From: Isoptericola halotolerans | GTDB lineage: Bacteria; Actinomycetota; Actinomycetes; Actinomycetales; Cellulomonadaceae | Assembly: GCF_013149785.1 (NCBI RefSeq) | Contig: NZ_JABEZU010000002.1 | Location: forward strand, 806,001 to 870,000 | Direction: 5' to 3' | Length of the DNA: 64,000 nucleotides | Shown here: positions 52,541-62,710 of the stretch, one piece after another | How positions within the stretch are numbered: position 1 is the stretch's first letter | Layout: each line of letters opens with the position of its first letter | Translations under genes and position numbers: made by a program | Notes under the pieces: generated by a model | Told to the model about the DNA's origin: nothing | Seen by the model: the letters and a program-made list of their open reading frames with translations, nothing else | The model's database searches: none

Positions 52541-54340
52541 TCAGGCCTCCGTGTCCGTCGCTGTGCGGGCCCCGCCGTCGGGCGGCGTGGCCACCAGCCA
52601 GTAGAAGTCGCGAGACCCCCAGGAGAGACTGACCCGCCCGTCGGGGCCGACGGGCGGGAACTTCCCGCCACCGAACAGGTCGGTGAGCGACCACCCCTCG
52701 AGGCCCGGCGCCTCGATCGTCGCCGACCGGGCGGTGGCCGACAGGTTCGCGGCCACCAGGAGCGTCTCGCCGTCGGTGCGGGTGAACGCGAGGACCGACT
52801 CGTCGTCGGCCGCCAGGGCCGCGAACTCGCCGGTGCCGAAGGCCGGGTGCAGACGGCGCACGGCGAGCATGCCGTGCACCCAGTGCAGCAGGGAGCTGGG
52901 CTGCGCCAACTGTGCTTCCACGTTCGTGTGCTGGTAGTGGTGCACCAAGGACTGGTTGAGCGGCAGGTACAGCTTGCCCGGGTCGGCCGTGGAGAAGCCC
53001 GCGTTGCGGTCCGGCGTCCACTGCATGGGGGTGCGCACGGCGTCACGGTCCGGGAGCCAGATGTTGTCACCCATGCCGATCTCGTCGCCGTAGTACAGGC
53101 ACGGGCTGCCCGGCAGGGACAGCAGCAGGGCGTGCGCGAGCTCGATCTCCTTGCGGGAGTTGTCCAGCAACGGGGCGAGCCGACGCCGGATGCCGACGTT
53201 CGCGCGCATACGGGGGTCCTGGGCGTACCACCCGTACATGGCGGCGCGCTCCTCGGTGGAGACCATCTCGAGGGTGAGCTCGTCATGGTTGCGCAGGAAC
53301 GTGCTCCACTGCCCGCCGGGGGCCGGGATGTCAGGGGTGTCCGCCAGGATGTCCAGCAGCTGGGTGGCACGCTGGTCCTTCAGCGCGTAGTAGATGCGTG
53401 GCATGACGGGGAAGTGGAAGCACATGTGGCACTCCGGGTCCTCGGCCGTGCCGAAGTACTCCACCACCTCCTGCGGCCACTGGTTCGCCTCGGCCAGCAT
53501 GATGCGGCCCGGGAACTCCTCGTCGATCATCCGCCGGACGCGACGCAGGAACTCGTGGGTGCGGGGCAGGTTCTCGCAGTTGGTGCCCTCCTCCTCGAAC
53601 AGGTAGGGCACGGCGTCCAGCCGGAAGCCGTCCACCCCGATCCGCAGCCAGAACCGCGCGACCTCGAGCATCGCCTCGGCGACCTTCGGGTTCTCGAAGT
53701 TGAGATCGGGCTGGTGGCTGAAGAACCGGTGCCAGAAGTACTGGCGGCGGACCGGGTCGAACGTCCAGTTCGACGTCTCGGTGTCGACGAAGATGATGCG
53801 CGCGTCCTGGTATCGCGTGCTGTCGTCGGACCAGACGTAGAAGTCGCCGTACGGCCCGTCCGGATCGGCGCGCGAGGCCTGGAACCAGGGGTGCTGGTCG
53901 CTCGTGTGGTTCATGACCAGGTCGACGACCACCCGGATGCCCCGGGCGTGGGCGGCCTCGATGAGCTGCTGGAAGTCCTGCAACGTCCCGTACTGGGAGG
54001 CGATCGCGGTGAAGTCCGCGACGTCGTACCCGCCGTCGCGCAGCGGCGACGGGTAGAACGGGGGCAGCCACAGGCAGTCGACACCGAGCCACTGCAGGTA
54101 GTCGAGCCGGTCGACGATGCCCCGCAGGTCTCCCGTGCCGGCGCCCTCGGTGTCCGAGAAGGCGCGGACGATGACCTCGTAGAAGACCGCCTTGCGGTAC
54201 CAGTCCGGGTCGTCGGTCAGGCCTGGCTTGGCCAGCGGGGGCGGCTCCGGCTGCGCCCGCGGCGGGAGCGCCTGGACGGGGATCTGACGCGTGATGGGGC
54301 GCGGCACGTCGACGCCCCCTGCGTTCACCGAGGCGTTCAT
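52541..54340 (-). CDS. treS: Trehalose synthase / maltose alpha-D-glucosyltransferase
   Basis: [54 protein letters not shown]. Confidence 0.96.
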   Translation of the reverse strand: MNASVNAGGVDVPRPITRQIPVQALPPRAQPEPPPLAKPGLTDDPDWYRKAVFYEVIVRAFSDTEGAGTGDLRGIVDRLDYLQWLGVDCLWLPPFYPSPLRDGGYDVADFTAIASQYGTLQDFQQLIEAAHARGIRVVVDLVMNHTSDQHPWFQASRADPDGPYGDFYVWSDDSTRYQDARIIFVDTETSNWTFDPVRRQYFWHRFFSHQPDLNFENPKVAEAMLEVARFWLRIGVDGFRLDAVPYLFEEEGTNCENLPRTHEFLRRVRRMIDEEFPGRIMLAEANQWPQEVVEYFGTAEDPECHMCFHFPVMPRIYYALKDQRATQLLDILADTPDIPAPGGQWSTFLRNHDELTLEMVSTEERAAMYGWYAQDPRMRANVGIRRRLAPLLDNSRKEIELAHALLLSLPGSPCLYYGDEIGMGDNIWLPDRDAVRTPMQWTPDRNAGFSTADPGKLYLPLNQSLVHHYQHTNVEAQLAQPSSLLHWVHGMLAVRRLHPAFGTGEFAALAADDESVLAFTRTDGETLLVAANLSATARSATIEAPGLEGWSLTDLFGGGKFPPVGPDGRVSLSWGSRDFYWLVATPPDGGARTATDTEA

Positions 54341-56391
54341 GCCGGGCCGATCCTCAGCACGTGGGCCACCTGCTGCTGCGGGTCGAGGCGGACGAAGGGG
54401 TGTGCGCCCCAGGGGTACGACTGCCCGGAGAGCAGGTCGTGGGCGGTGAAGAAGGGTTGGTCCTCGACGCCCTCGGGTCTGACCAGTCCGAGGGCCTCCA
54501 GGTCGAGAAGCACCGTGGACTCCTGCACCTCGTGAGGGTCCAGGGTGAGGACCACGAGGACGACGTCGTCCTGCGTCGCGCCGGGGCGGCCGGTGGCGGG
54601 CAGGTGCTCGGCGCGGACCCGTCGGGAGAACGCGACCACCTGGTCGTTCGTGGTGGGGTGCACCGAGAGGTTGCGCAGCTGCTGCAGGGCGGGGTGCGCC
54701 CGGCGGACCTCGTTGAGCTTGCCGAGCAGCATGGAGATGCCGATGTCGTCGGCCTGCGCCCAGTCCCGGGGTCGGTACTCGTACTTCTCGTTGTCGATCT
54801 GCTCGTCGGCGCCGGGACGCGGCACGTTCTCGACGAGCTCGTAGCCGGAGTAGATGCCCCACGTCGGCGCCCCCGTCGCGGCCAGGACGGCACGGATCGC
54901 GAAGCCGGCGACGCCGCCCTCCTGCAGGTACGGCGGCAGGATGTCGTGCGTGGTCGGCCAGAAGCTGGGTCGCATCACGGCACCGGCCTCGCCGGAGACC
55001 TCCTGGAGGTACTCCAGGACCTCCTCCTTCGTGTTCCGCCAGGTGAAGTACGTGTAGGACTGGTGGAAGCCGATGCGGGCGAGGGTGGCCATCATCGCGG
55101 GCTTGGTGAACGCCTCGGACAGGAAGATCACGTCGGGGTCGGTGGCGTGGACCTCCGCGAGCAGCCACTCCCAGAAGTCCAGGGGTTTGGTGTGCGGGTT
55201 GTCCACCCGGAACAGGGTGACGCCGCGGTCGATCCACAGGCGGACCACCCGCAGGACCTCGGCGTAGATCCCCGCCGGGTCGTTGTCGAAGTTCAGGGGG
55301 TAGATGTCCTGGTACTTCTTCGGTGGGTTCTCGGCGTAGGCGATCGACCCGTCGGCGCGCACCGTGAACCACTCGGGGTGCTCGGTCACCCAGGGGTGGT
55401 CCGGCGAGCACTGCAGGGCCAGGTCGAGAGCGACCTCGAGCCCGTTCTCGTGGGCCTCGGCCACGAACGCCTTGAACCCGCGCTCGGTGCCGAGCTCGGG
55501 GTGGATCGCGTCGTGGCCGCCGTCGGGCGACCCGATGGCGTACGGGCTGCCCGGGTCGCCGGGCTGCGCCTCCAGGGTGTTGTTGCGGCCCTTGCGGAAG
55601 GTCGTGCCGATCGGGTGGATCGGGGTGAGGTAGACGACGTCGAACCCCATGGCCGCGATCGCGGGCAGCCGCTTCGCCGCGGAGACGAACGTCCCGGACC
55701 GCCAGGTGCCGTCACGACGCTGCGTCGCGCCCTCGGACCGCGGGAACATCTCGTACCAGGCACCCGTCAGCGCCAGCTCACGATGCACGCGCAGGGGATA
55801 GGTCGGGCTCGGGCTCATCATCCGGCGCAGCGGGATCCGGCGCAGCGCGTCCCGCACGGCCGTGGTGGTGGCCATCGCCAGCCGGGCCTCGGCGGGCCGG
55901 GTGGTGTCGGCCAGCTCGCGGGCGACGTCAGCGAGCAGCTCGGCGTCCTCGGGTGTGCGGCGCCGCTGCAGGCTCTTGGCGGTGATCTGCTCGAACAGCA
56001 GGGCACCTTCGGTGAGCATCAGGTCGACGTCCTGCCCGGCACCGACCTTGATGACGGCGTCGTGCGCCCACGTCGCGTACGGGTCGGACCACGCCTCGAC
56101 GCGGAACGACCAGTCGCCGGTCGCGTCCGGCTGCAGGAACCCGCGGAAGCGGTCCAGGCCGGGGGAGACGTCCTCCATGGGCGCCCACGAGTGGACCTTG
56201 CGGTCCGGGCCGAACAGGACGGCGGTGGCGTTCACGGCGTCGTGCCCCTCCCGGAAGACGGTCGCCTCGACGGGCACCACCTCGCCGGGGGTCGCCTTGG
56301 CCGGCCACCGGCCTCCTTCGATCACGGGCGAGACCTCGATCACGGGGATGCGACCGACGGGACGGGGTGGTGCTGGCTGGGGCGACGTCAC
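54337..56391 (-). CDS. glgE: Alpha-1,4-glucan:maltose-1-phosphate maltosyltransferase
   Basis: [57 protein letters not shown]. Confidence 0.97.
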   Translation of the reverse strand: MTSPQPAPPRPVGRIPVIEVSPVIEGGRWPAKATPGEVVPVEATVFREGHDAVNATAVLFGPDRKVHSWAPMEDVSPGLDRFRGFLQPDATGDWSFRVEAWSDPYATWAHDAVIKVGAGQDVDLMLTEGALLFEQITAKSLQRRRTPEDAELLADVARELADTTRPAEARLAMATTTAVRDALRRIPLRRMMSPSPTYPLRVHRELALTGAWYEMFPRSEGATQRRDGTWRSGTFVSAAKRLPAIAAMGFDVVYLTPIHPIGTTFRKGRNNTLEAQPGDPGSPYAIGSPDGGHDAIHPELGTERGFKAFVAEAHENGLEVALDLALQCSPDHPWVTEHPEWFTVRADGSIAYAENPPKKYQDIYPLNFDNDPAGIYAEVLRVVRLWIDRGVTLFRVDNPHTKPLDFWEWLLAEVHATDPDVIFLSEAFTKPAMMATLARIGFHQSYTYFTWRNTKEEVLEYLQEVSGEAGAVMRPSFWPTTHDILPPYLQEGGVAGFAIRAVLAATGAPTWGIYSGYELVENVPRPGADEQIDNEKYEYRPRDWAQADDIGISMLLGKLNEVRRAHPALQQLRNLSVHPTTNDQVVAFSRRVRAEHLPATGRPGATQDDVVLVVLTLDPHEVQESTVLLDLEALGLVRPEGVEDQPFFTAHDLLSGQSYPWGAHPFVRLDPQQQVAHVLRIGPA

Positions 56392-56474
56392 ACCCCCACG
56401 CTAGTCACGGCACCGCAGGTCTGCGCGACAACATGCCCGACGCGGCGTACCTTCCTTCGCCCGCCACCCGCCAT

Positions 56475-56549
56475 CCGCGAAGTAGTACCTCCGGTTCTCC
56501 GGAAGTACACCGCGGGTACTTCCGGAGAACCGGAGGTACTACTTCGCGG
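56475..56549. repeat. 75-bp palindrome, copy 1 (34-bp perfect arms, 7-nt loop)
   Basis: CCGCGAAGTAGTACCTCCGGTTCTCCGGAAGTAC-accgcgg-GTACTTCCGGAGAACCGGAGGTACTACTTCGCGG. Confidence 0.95.
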
Positions 56550-56612
56550 CGTGCAGGCGGGTTGTCCACAGGCTGTCAGTGCCGACGGCGTCAGAACTGA
56601 CAGCATCCCGGC

Positions 56613-57689
56613 ATGGACGACACCGGCTCACCGACCCCCGGCCGACCGGAACGCGGGCCCTCCGGACGGCGCGGCCCCCGGCCCTCCATGACCGGCCCGC
56701 CGCAGGCGCCCGGCACCCGTCGTCCGGCTCGGCGACCCGGCGACACTGCGGTGCCGGAGCCACGCGCCCTGCCGGAGGTGGTGCGGTTCGACCCGGCTCG
56801 GCGCTCCGTCATCGAGCGATCGCTCCGGCGCGGTCAGCTGCGTCGGGTGCGGCAGGGCGTCTACCTCCCGGCGGTGGTGGACGACGGCGGCCCCGCGCTC
56901 CGGCGTCAGCGCCGCGTCCTGGAGAAGGCGGCCGCCGTCGCCGCGACCCTGAGGAGCGACGTCGTGTTCAGCCACGAGACGGCCGCGCTGATCCACGGCC
57001 TGGCTCTCTACCGACTCGCTGACGAGGTCCATGTCACCCAGCGGACCAAGCCGAGGGTGCGCAAGCGGTGGGACCCGGACCTGCGTCGGCACGCTGTCCC
57101 GCTGCCCGACCGGGACCGGACGGTGGTCCGCGGTCGGGCCGTCACGACGATCGAGCGCACCCTCGTCGACTGTGCGCGGTGGCTGCCCGGCCCGCAGGCG
57201 TTGGTGATCGCCGACTCCGCGCTGCGAGCCGGAGCCGACCTGCGTCGGGTCGGCAGGATCCTCGCCGAGGCAGCGGGCCGGCCAGGTGTCCGCCAGGCGC
57301 GGTGGGTGGTCGACCTCGCCGACGCGCGGGCGGAGTCGCCGGGGGAGTCCCTGGTGCGGTGGCACCTCCTGGACCATGGTCTGGCCGCTCCCGATCTGGC
57401 GGTCCCGGTCGCGACCCGACGGGGGACGAGCTGGATCGATCTCGGTTGGCCCGACCTCCGGGTCGGGATCGAGTTCGACGGTGCGGTCAAGTACTCGGGT
57501 GGAGACTACGGTGACCCGCACGAGCGGCTGGTGGCGGAGAAGATGCGGCACGACGCCCTCGTCGAGGCGGGGTGGTTCATCCTGCGTGTCACCTGGGCGG
57601 ACCTCGGGGATCCGGCCGCGCTGGTGGGTCGCGTCCGCACCGCGCTCGCGGAGGCCGGGCGCCGTCGTCGCCTCGTGTCCGCGAAGTAG
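56613..57689 (+). CDS. AbiEi-like domain + DUF559/Vsr-like (PD-(D/E)XK) endonuclease protein
   Basis: LRRVRQGVY, FSHETAALIHGL, TTIERTLVDCAR, AESPGESLVR, IDLGWP..RVGIEFDG..KY, EKMRHDAL..AGWFILRVTW. Confidence 0.8.
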   Translation: MDDTGSPTPGRPERGPSGRRGPRPSMTGPPQAPGTRRPARRPGDTAVPEPRALPEVVRFDPARRSVIERSLRRGQLRRVRQGVYLPAVVDDGGPALRRQRRVLEKAAAVAATLRSDVVFSHETAALIHGLALYRLADEVHVTQRTKPRVRKRWDPDLRRHAVPLPDRDRTVVRGRAVTTIERTLVDCARWLPGPQALVIADSALRAGADLRRVGRILAEAAGRPGVRQARWVVDLADARAESPGESLVRWHLLDHGLAAPDLAVPVATRRGTSWIDLGWPDLRVGIEFDGAVKYSGGDYGDPHERLVAEKMRHDALVEAGWFILRVTWADLGDPAALVGRVRTALAEAGRRRRLVSAK

Positions 57690-57753
57690 TACCTCCGGTC
57701 GCCCGGTAGTACGCCGTGGGTACTTCCGCAGCGCCGGAGGTACTACTTCGCGG
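57679..57753. repeat. 75-bp palindrome, copy 2 (outer 20 bp perfect)
   Basis: CCGCGAAGTAGTACCTCCGGTCGCCCGGTAGTAC-gccgtgg-GTACTTCCGCAGCGCCGGAGGTACTACTTCGCGG; 66/75 identical to copy 1 by hand count. Confidence 0.95.
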
Positions 57754-59451
57754 TCAGGCGGTGGCCGCGAGCGCCCGCCCGGTGACCCGCCCGGTGTGCA
57801 GGCAGCCCCCGAGGAAGGTCCCCTCGAGCGCGCGGTGGCCGTGCACCCCACCGCCGCCGAACCCTGCGGCCTCCCCGACGGCCCACAGCCCGTCGAGCAC
57901 CGAGCCGTCGTCGCGCAGCACCCGACCGGACGGGTCGCACCACAGGCCGCCGAGCGTCTTGCGCGTCAGCACCGACAGGCGCACTGCCAGCAGCGGCCCG
58001 TCCTTCGGCGTGGTCAGGGGCCGGGGCGGCGAGACACGGATCATCCTGTCCACGCGGAAGGTGCGGGCGGCGCGGGTGGCCATCACCTGGGGGTCCTTGC
58101 CGAGCCCGGAGGCCACCTGCGCGTCGCGGGCGCGGACGATCGCGGCCAGCCCAGCCGGGTCGACGTGCCCGCGGGACCCCGGGGTCGCCTCGGTCAGCGC
58201 GTTCATCCGCCCGGCCAGCTCCTCGGGGGTGTCGGCCCACAGGAACTCGGGGGACTCCTCGGCGAAGCGTGCCACCGGTCCGACGGCGCGGGGGAGCACG
58301 CGTTCGGCGAGCAGCCGCACGTCCTTGCCGGTCAGGTCCGGGTTCTGCTCCGAGCCGGACAGGGCGAACTCGGCGTCCATGATCGCCTTGTTGAGCACGA
58401 ACCAGGAGTGGTCGTCGCCCCGGGTGGTGACGTGCTGCAGGGCACCCAGGGCGTCGAACCCGGGGAACAGCGGGGCCGGCAGGCGCCCGCCGTCGGCGTC
58501 CAGCCAGAGCGAGCTCGGTCCGGGCAAGATGCGGATGCCGTGGTTCGTCCACACCGGTGAGTGGTTCGCGATCCCCTCCGGGTAGTGCCACATGCGGTCC
58601 TCGTGGACGAGGGCGGCTCCGGCGTCCGCGGCGTGGCCGAGCATGAGGCCGTCGGTGGAGTCGGGGACACCGGAGAGCATCCGTTCGGGCAGGGTTCCGG
58701 CGTCCGGGCTCCAGCGGGCGCGGGCGGTGTCGTGGTTCGCCCCGATGCCGCCCGAGGCGACGACGACGGCGCCGGCCGAGATCTCCTCGGTGCCCACCGC
58801 CTCGCGGGACGAGGGGGCACCGCGCACCGCGCCGTCGTCGGCCAGGACCTCGGCGCGCAGCCCGGTGACGCGACCGTCGGTGACCACGAGGCCGGTGGCC
58901 CGACGGCGGAAGCGCAGCTCGAGCAGACCGGCCGACCGCGCCTGGAGCGCGGCGGCGACGAACGGCTCGAGGACGGCCGGGCCGGTGCCCCAGGTGACGT
59001 GGAACCGCGGCACGGTGTTGCCGTGGGCGGTGCCGTGGCCAGGGCCGAACGCATAGCCGCCGCGCTCGGCCCACTGCACGAGGGGGAACCAGCGCACCCC
59101 CTTGGCGTGCAGCCACGAGCGCAGGTCGCCGGCGGCGGCCTCGACGTAGTGCTTCGCCCAGGCGTACCCGTGGCGGTCCGGGCCGTGGCCGTCCTCGGCA
59201 CCGGGGGCGAAGCGGGCAGAGCCCAGCCAGTCGGACCAGGCCAGCTCGGCGGAGTCGTGGACCCCGAGGCGGCGCTGCTCGGGGGAGTCCACGAGGAACA
59301 GCCCGCCGAACGACCACCAGGCCTGGCCGCCGAGCGAGGCCTCCGGCTCCTGGTCGAGCAGGATGACACGGCGTCCTGCCGCGGTCAGCTCGGTCGCGGT
59401 GACCAGACCGGACAGGCCTGCTCCGATGACGATGACGTCTGCGTCTGCCAT
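57754..59451 (-). CDS. FAD-binding dehydrogenase (KsdD-like)
   Basis: VIGAGLSGL, GGQAWWSFGGLF, GNTVPRFHVTWGTG, WHYPEG, TRKTLGGL, RALEGTFLGGC. Confidence 0.88.
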   Translation of the reverse strand: MADADVIVIGAGLSGLVTATELTAAGRRVILLDQEPEASLGGQAWWSFGGLFLVDSPEQRRLGVHDSAELAWSDWLGSARFAPGAEDGHGPDRHGYAWAKHYVEAAAGDLRSWLHAKGVRWFPLVQWAERGGYAFGPGHGTAHGNTVPRFHVTWGTGPAVLEPFVAAALQARSAGLLELRFRRRATGLVVTDGRVTGLRAEVLADDGAVRGAPSSREAVGTEEISAGAVVVASGGIGANHDTARARWSPDAGTLPERMLSGVPDSTDGLMLGHAADAGAALVHEDRMWHYPEGIANHSPVWTNHGIRILPGPSSLWLDADGGRLPAPLFPGFDALGALQHVTTRGDDHSWFVLNKAIMDAEFALSGSEQNPDLTGKDVRLLAERVLPRAVGPVARFAEESPEFLWADTPEELAGRMNALTEATPGSRGHVDPAGLAAIVRARDAQVASGLGKDPQVMATRAARTFRVDRMIRVSPPRPLTTPKDGPLLAVRLSVLTRKTLGGLWCDPSGRVLRDDGSVLDGLWAVGEAAGFGGGGVHGHRALEGTFLGGCLHTGRVTGRALAATA

Positions 59452-59494
59452 GCGGGCAGTCTGTCAGAGGTCTCGGCGCGATCCCAGGGGTGGA

Positions 59495-61732
59495 TCAGCG
59501 CCGCGCCACCAGCACCTCGACGCTCAGCGACTCCAGGGTCACGTGACCGGGTTCCTCGAACTCGTCGCCCTCCTCCGGTCCCGAGGGCGCGTCCCACGTC
59601 GAGCTCCACACGCGTTCCCAAGGGCCGGCGCCGGCCAGTGGTTCGGGGAGGGTGACGTCGGCGTCCTCCAGCCCGCCGTGGAGCAGCAGCAGCACGTCGG
59701 CCTCGTGGTCGTCGGGGCCGGGACGCAGCATCTGGATCACCCGGCGACCGCCCACGCCCCATGCCTCGTGGTCCATCGCGGCACCGGAGGCGTCGAACCA
59801 CAGCAGGTCCGGCACCTGCTCACCGGGGCGTGGCGACCCGAGGAAGAACGACTCGGCGCGCAGGGCCGCGTGCTCGGCCCGCAGGCCCGTGAGGAACCGT
59901 GCCGTCGCGAGCAGCTCCGTGCCGGCCTCGTCCAGGTCCCAGTCGACCCACGACACGGGCGAGTCCTGGGTGTAGGCGTTGTTGTTCCCGCCCTGGCTGC
60001 GCCCCAGCTCGTCCCCGGCGGTGATCATCGGGGTGCCGGCCGCCAGGAGCAGGGTGGCCAGCAGGTTGCGCTGGGAGCGGCGCCGCAGCGGCACGACGGC
60101 GGACCACGGCTCGGTCGTCGCGTCGTCGCCGTCCGGCGCGTGCCCCTCCACGCCGTGGTTCCACGAGCGGTTGTCGTCCGTGCCGTCGCGGTTGTCCTCG
60201 CCGTTGGCGCGGTTGTGCTTGCGGTCGAACGCCACCAGGTCCGCCAGCGTGAAGCCGTCGTGGGCGGTGACGTAGTTGACCGAGGCGACCGGGCCGCGCA
60301 TCAGGGGCGGGTCGGAGCGCCCGAAGAGGTCGGCCGACCCGGCCAGCCGGGTCGTCAGCTCCCGCAGGCCGTGCATGGGCTCACCGTGGGATCCCTGCCG
60401 GGGGGCCTCCAGCCAGAACGACCGGGCGGCGTTGCGGAAACGGTCGTTCCACTCGGCCATCGGCGCGGGGAACTGGCCCGTCTGCCAGCCGCCCGGCCCG
60501 ACGTCCCACGGCTCGGCGACGAGCTTGAGGCCGGAGAGGACAGGGTCGGTCTGCAGCGCGACGAGGAACGGGTGGTCGGGGGTGAACCCCTCGTGGTCAC
60601 GGCCCAGGGTCACCGCGAGGTCGAAGCGGAAGCCGTCCACGCCGACGACCTCGGCCCAGTAGCGCAAGGAGTCCAGGGCCAGCTGCACCACGCGGGGGCG
60701 CCGGAAGTCCAGCGTGTTGCCCGTCCCGGTGACGTCGGCGAGCGCGGCCGGGGAGCCGCCGTCGTGCAGGTAGTACAGGGGGTTGTCCAGGCCTCGCCAG
60801 GACAGGAAGAGCGCGTCGTCGCCGCCCTCGCAGGTGTGGTTGTAGACGACGTCGAGCAGCACCTCGATGCCCGCGGAGTGCAGCAGGTGGACCATGCCGC
60901 GCACCTCGTCGAGCACGGCGGCGGGGCCGGCCTCCTGCGCCGCGCGGGTCGCGTAGGCCGCGTGGGGCGCGAAGAACCCCATCGTGGAGTAGCCCCAGTA
61001 GTTGGACAGGCCGCGGCCCGCCAGCCACGGCTCGGCCGTCGAGGCATGGATGGGCAGCAGCTCCAGCGTGGTCACCCCGAGCGCGGTGAGGTGCTCGATC
61101 ATGGCCGGGTGGGCCACGCCCGCGTAGGTGCCGCGCAGCTCCTCCGGCACGTCGGGGTGCTGCATCGTCAGGCCGCGCACGTGCCCCTCGTAGACCACCG
61201 TGTCCGCCCAGGGGACCCGGGGCCGGCTGAGCGCGGGCGGTTCGGGCAGGTCCGCGACCACCACGGCGTGCGGGACGAACGGCAGCGAGTCCTGGTCGTC
61301 CGGTCCGCCGTCGTCGGCCGCTCCACCGCCCAGGGTGGCCGGCACGTACGCCAGGTCCCCGTCATAGCCGCGGGCGTAGGGGTCCAGGAGCAGCTTGGCC
61401 GGGTTGTGCCGCATCCCGGCGCCCGGGTCCCACGGTCCGTGGACCCGGAACCCGTATCGCTGGCCCGCTGCGACGTCCGGGACGTGGCCGTGCCAGACGC
61501 CGTACGTGGGCCCGTCGAGGGGCACGCGTCGCTCGGAGTACCGCGCGGGGTCGTGCGCGTCCTTCTCGGGGGCGACGACGTCGATCAGGCACAGCTCGAC
61601 GCCGGTGGCGTGGGAGGCGAGCACGGCGACGTCGATGCCGCCGTCCGGCGTGGTGCGCGCACCGAGCGGTGGGACGTGGCTGCGGGTCCGGTTGGGACGG
61701 CTCAGCGGGGTGACCTTGGGGCGGGCTTGCAT
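59495..61732 (-). CDS. glgX: Glycogen debranching enzyme / isoamylase
   Basis: YGFRVHGPW, KLLLDPYA, NYWGYST, DVVYNHT, GFRFDLA, AEPWD, TAHDGFTL, SQGGNNNAY. Confidence 0.95.
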   Translation of the reverse strand: MQARPKVTPLSRPNRTRSHVPPLGARTTPDGGIDVAVLASHATGVELCLIDVVAPEKDAHDPARYSERRVPLDGPTYGVWHGHVPDVAAGQRYGFRVHGPWDPGAGMRHNPAKLLLDPYARGYDGDLAYVPATLGGGAADDGGPDDQDSLPFVPHAVVVADLPEPPALSRPRVPWADTVVYEGHVRGLTMQHPDVPEELRGTYAGVAHPAMIEHLTALGVTTLELLPIHASTAEPWLAGRGLSNYWGYSTMGFFAPHAAYATRAAQEAGPAAVLDEVRGMVHLLHSAGIEVLLDVVYNHTCEGGDDALFLSWRGLDNPLYYLHDGGSPAALADVTGTGNTLDFRRPRVVQLALDSLRYWAEVVGVDGFRFDLAVTLGRDHEGFTPDHPFLVALQTDPVLSGLKLVAEPWDVGPGGWQTGQFPAPMAEWNDRFRNAARSFWLEAPRQGSHGEPMHGLRELTTRLAGSADLFGRSDPPLMRGPVASVNYVTAHDGFTLADLVAFDRKHNRANGEDNRDGTDDNRSWNHGVEGHAPDGDDATTEPWSAVVPLRRRSQRNLLATLLLAAGTPMITAGDELGRSQGGNNNAYTQDSPVSWVDWDLDEAGTELLATARFLTGLRAEHAALRAESFFLGSPRPGEQVPDLLWFDASGAAMDHEAWGVGGRRVIQMLRPGPDDHEADVLLLLHGGLEDADVTLPEPLAGAGPWERVWSSTWDAPSGPEEGDEFEEPGHVTLESLSVEVLVARR

Positions 61733-61895
61733 GGGCCCATCCTGGACCAGCGGACCGACAGCCACGAACCGCACGGGCACGTGTCGCGCGATACGGACGA
61801 CGGCAGGAGGGACGGTCCGGGCCGAGTAGGCTCGGCCCAGGCGGCCGCGCGTCGCCTGCGTCCATCCGTCGAGCACCTGGATCGGAAGGTTCCCC

Positions 61896-62699
61896 GTGCG
61901 CATCGTCGTTCTCGTCAAGTACGTGCCGGACATCAACGCCGAGCGGAAGTTCGCGGACTGTCGCGTGGTGCGCGACCCGTCCGAGGGGACGCTCAACGAG
62001 CTGGACGAGAACGCGCTCGAGGCGGCCCTGCGCATCGTCGAGGCCCTGCCCGACGACGAGCGCGAGACCAGCGAGGTCGTCGCCCTGACGGTGGCACCGC
62101 CCGCGGGTGACGTCGCCCTGCGCAAGGCCTACCAGATGGGGGTCGACCGCGGGGTCCGCGTCTCCGACGAGGCGCTGGCCGACTCGGACTACTTCGGTAC
62201 GACGACGGCGCTCGCCGCCGCGGTCCGCCGGCTGGAGACCGAGGGCCCGGTCGACCTGGTCGTGACCGGCATGGCGGCCCTGGACGGGCTCGGCTCCGTG
62301 GTGCCGGCGCTGCTCGCCGCCGACCTCGGGCGGCCGTCGCTGACCTTCGCCAAGACGGTGACGGTCGCCGACGGCGCCCTGACGATCACCCGTGAGACGG
62401 ACGAGGCGGCCGAGACGCTGACGGCGCCGCTGCCGGCCCTGCTGTCCGTCGCGGACACCGCGAACACCCCGCGGTTCCCCAACTTCAAGCTCATCATGGC
62501 GGCGCGCTCCAAGACGATCGAGGAGTGGTCGGCCGCCGACCTCGGCCTCGACGCGGCGACCGTGGGCGCCGCCGGTGCCCGCACCGCGACGACCCAGGCG
62601 GCGCCGCGTCCCGAGAAGCCCGAGGTCGAGCTGGTCCAGGACAAGGGTTCTGGTGGCCGCGAGCTGGCCGAGTACCTGATCCGCAACGAGCTGGTGTGA
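61896..62699 (+). CDS. etfB: Electron transfer flavoprotein beta subunit
   Basis: MRIVVLVKYVPD, NELDENALEAAL, NTPRFPNFK. Confidence 0.93.
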   Translation: MRIVVLVKYVPDINAERKFADCRVVRDPSEGTLNELDENALEAALRIVEALPDDERETSEVVALTVAPPAGDVALRKAYQMGVDRGVRVSDEALADSDYFGTTTALAAAVRRLETEGPVDLVVTGMAALDGLGSVVPALLAADLGRPSLTFAKTVTVADGALTITRETDEAAETLTAPLPALLSVADTANTPRFPNFKLIMAARSKTIEEWSAADLGLDAATVGAAGARTATTQAAPRPEKPEVELVQDKGSGGRELAEYLIRNELV

Positions 62700-62710
62700 A
62701 CGGAGTCGCC

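Noticed and set aside
52541..55411. 956-aa TreS with an N-terminal extension, or a TreS-Mak fusion
   Set aside because: The extension is an alternative frame of glgE; treS starts near 54340 and stops before a separate mak start at 52535.
56613..57689. Complete type IV AbiE toxin-antitoxin system
   Set aside because: No adjacent AbiEii nucleotidyltransferase; the gene is flanked by glgE and a dehydrogenase.
56475..57753. Palindromes as a CRISPR array or IS terminal repeats
   Set aside because: Only two copies 1.2 kb apart, no spacer series, no cas genes, and no DDE or HUH transposase motifs in the enclosed gene.
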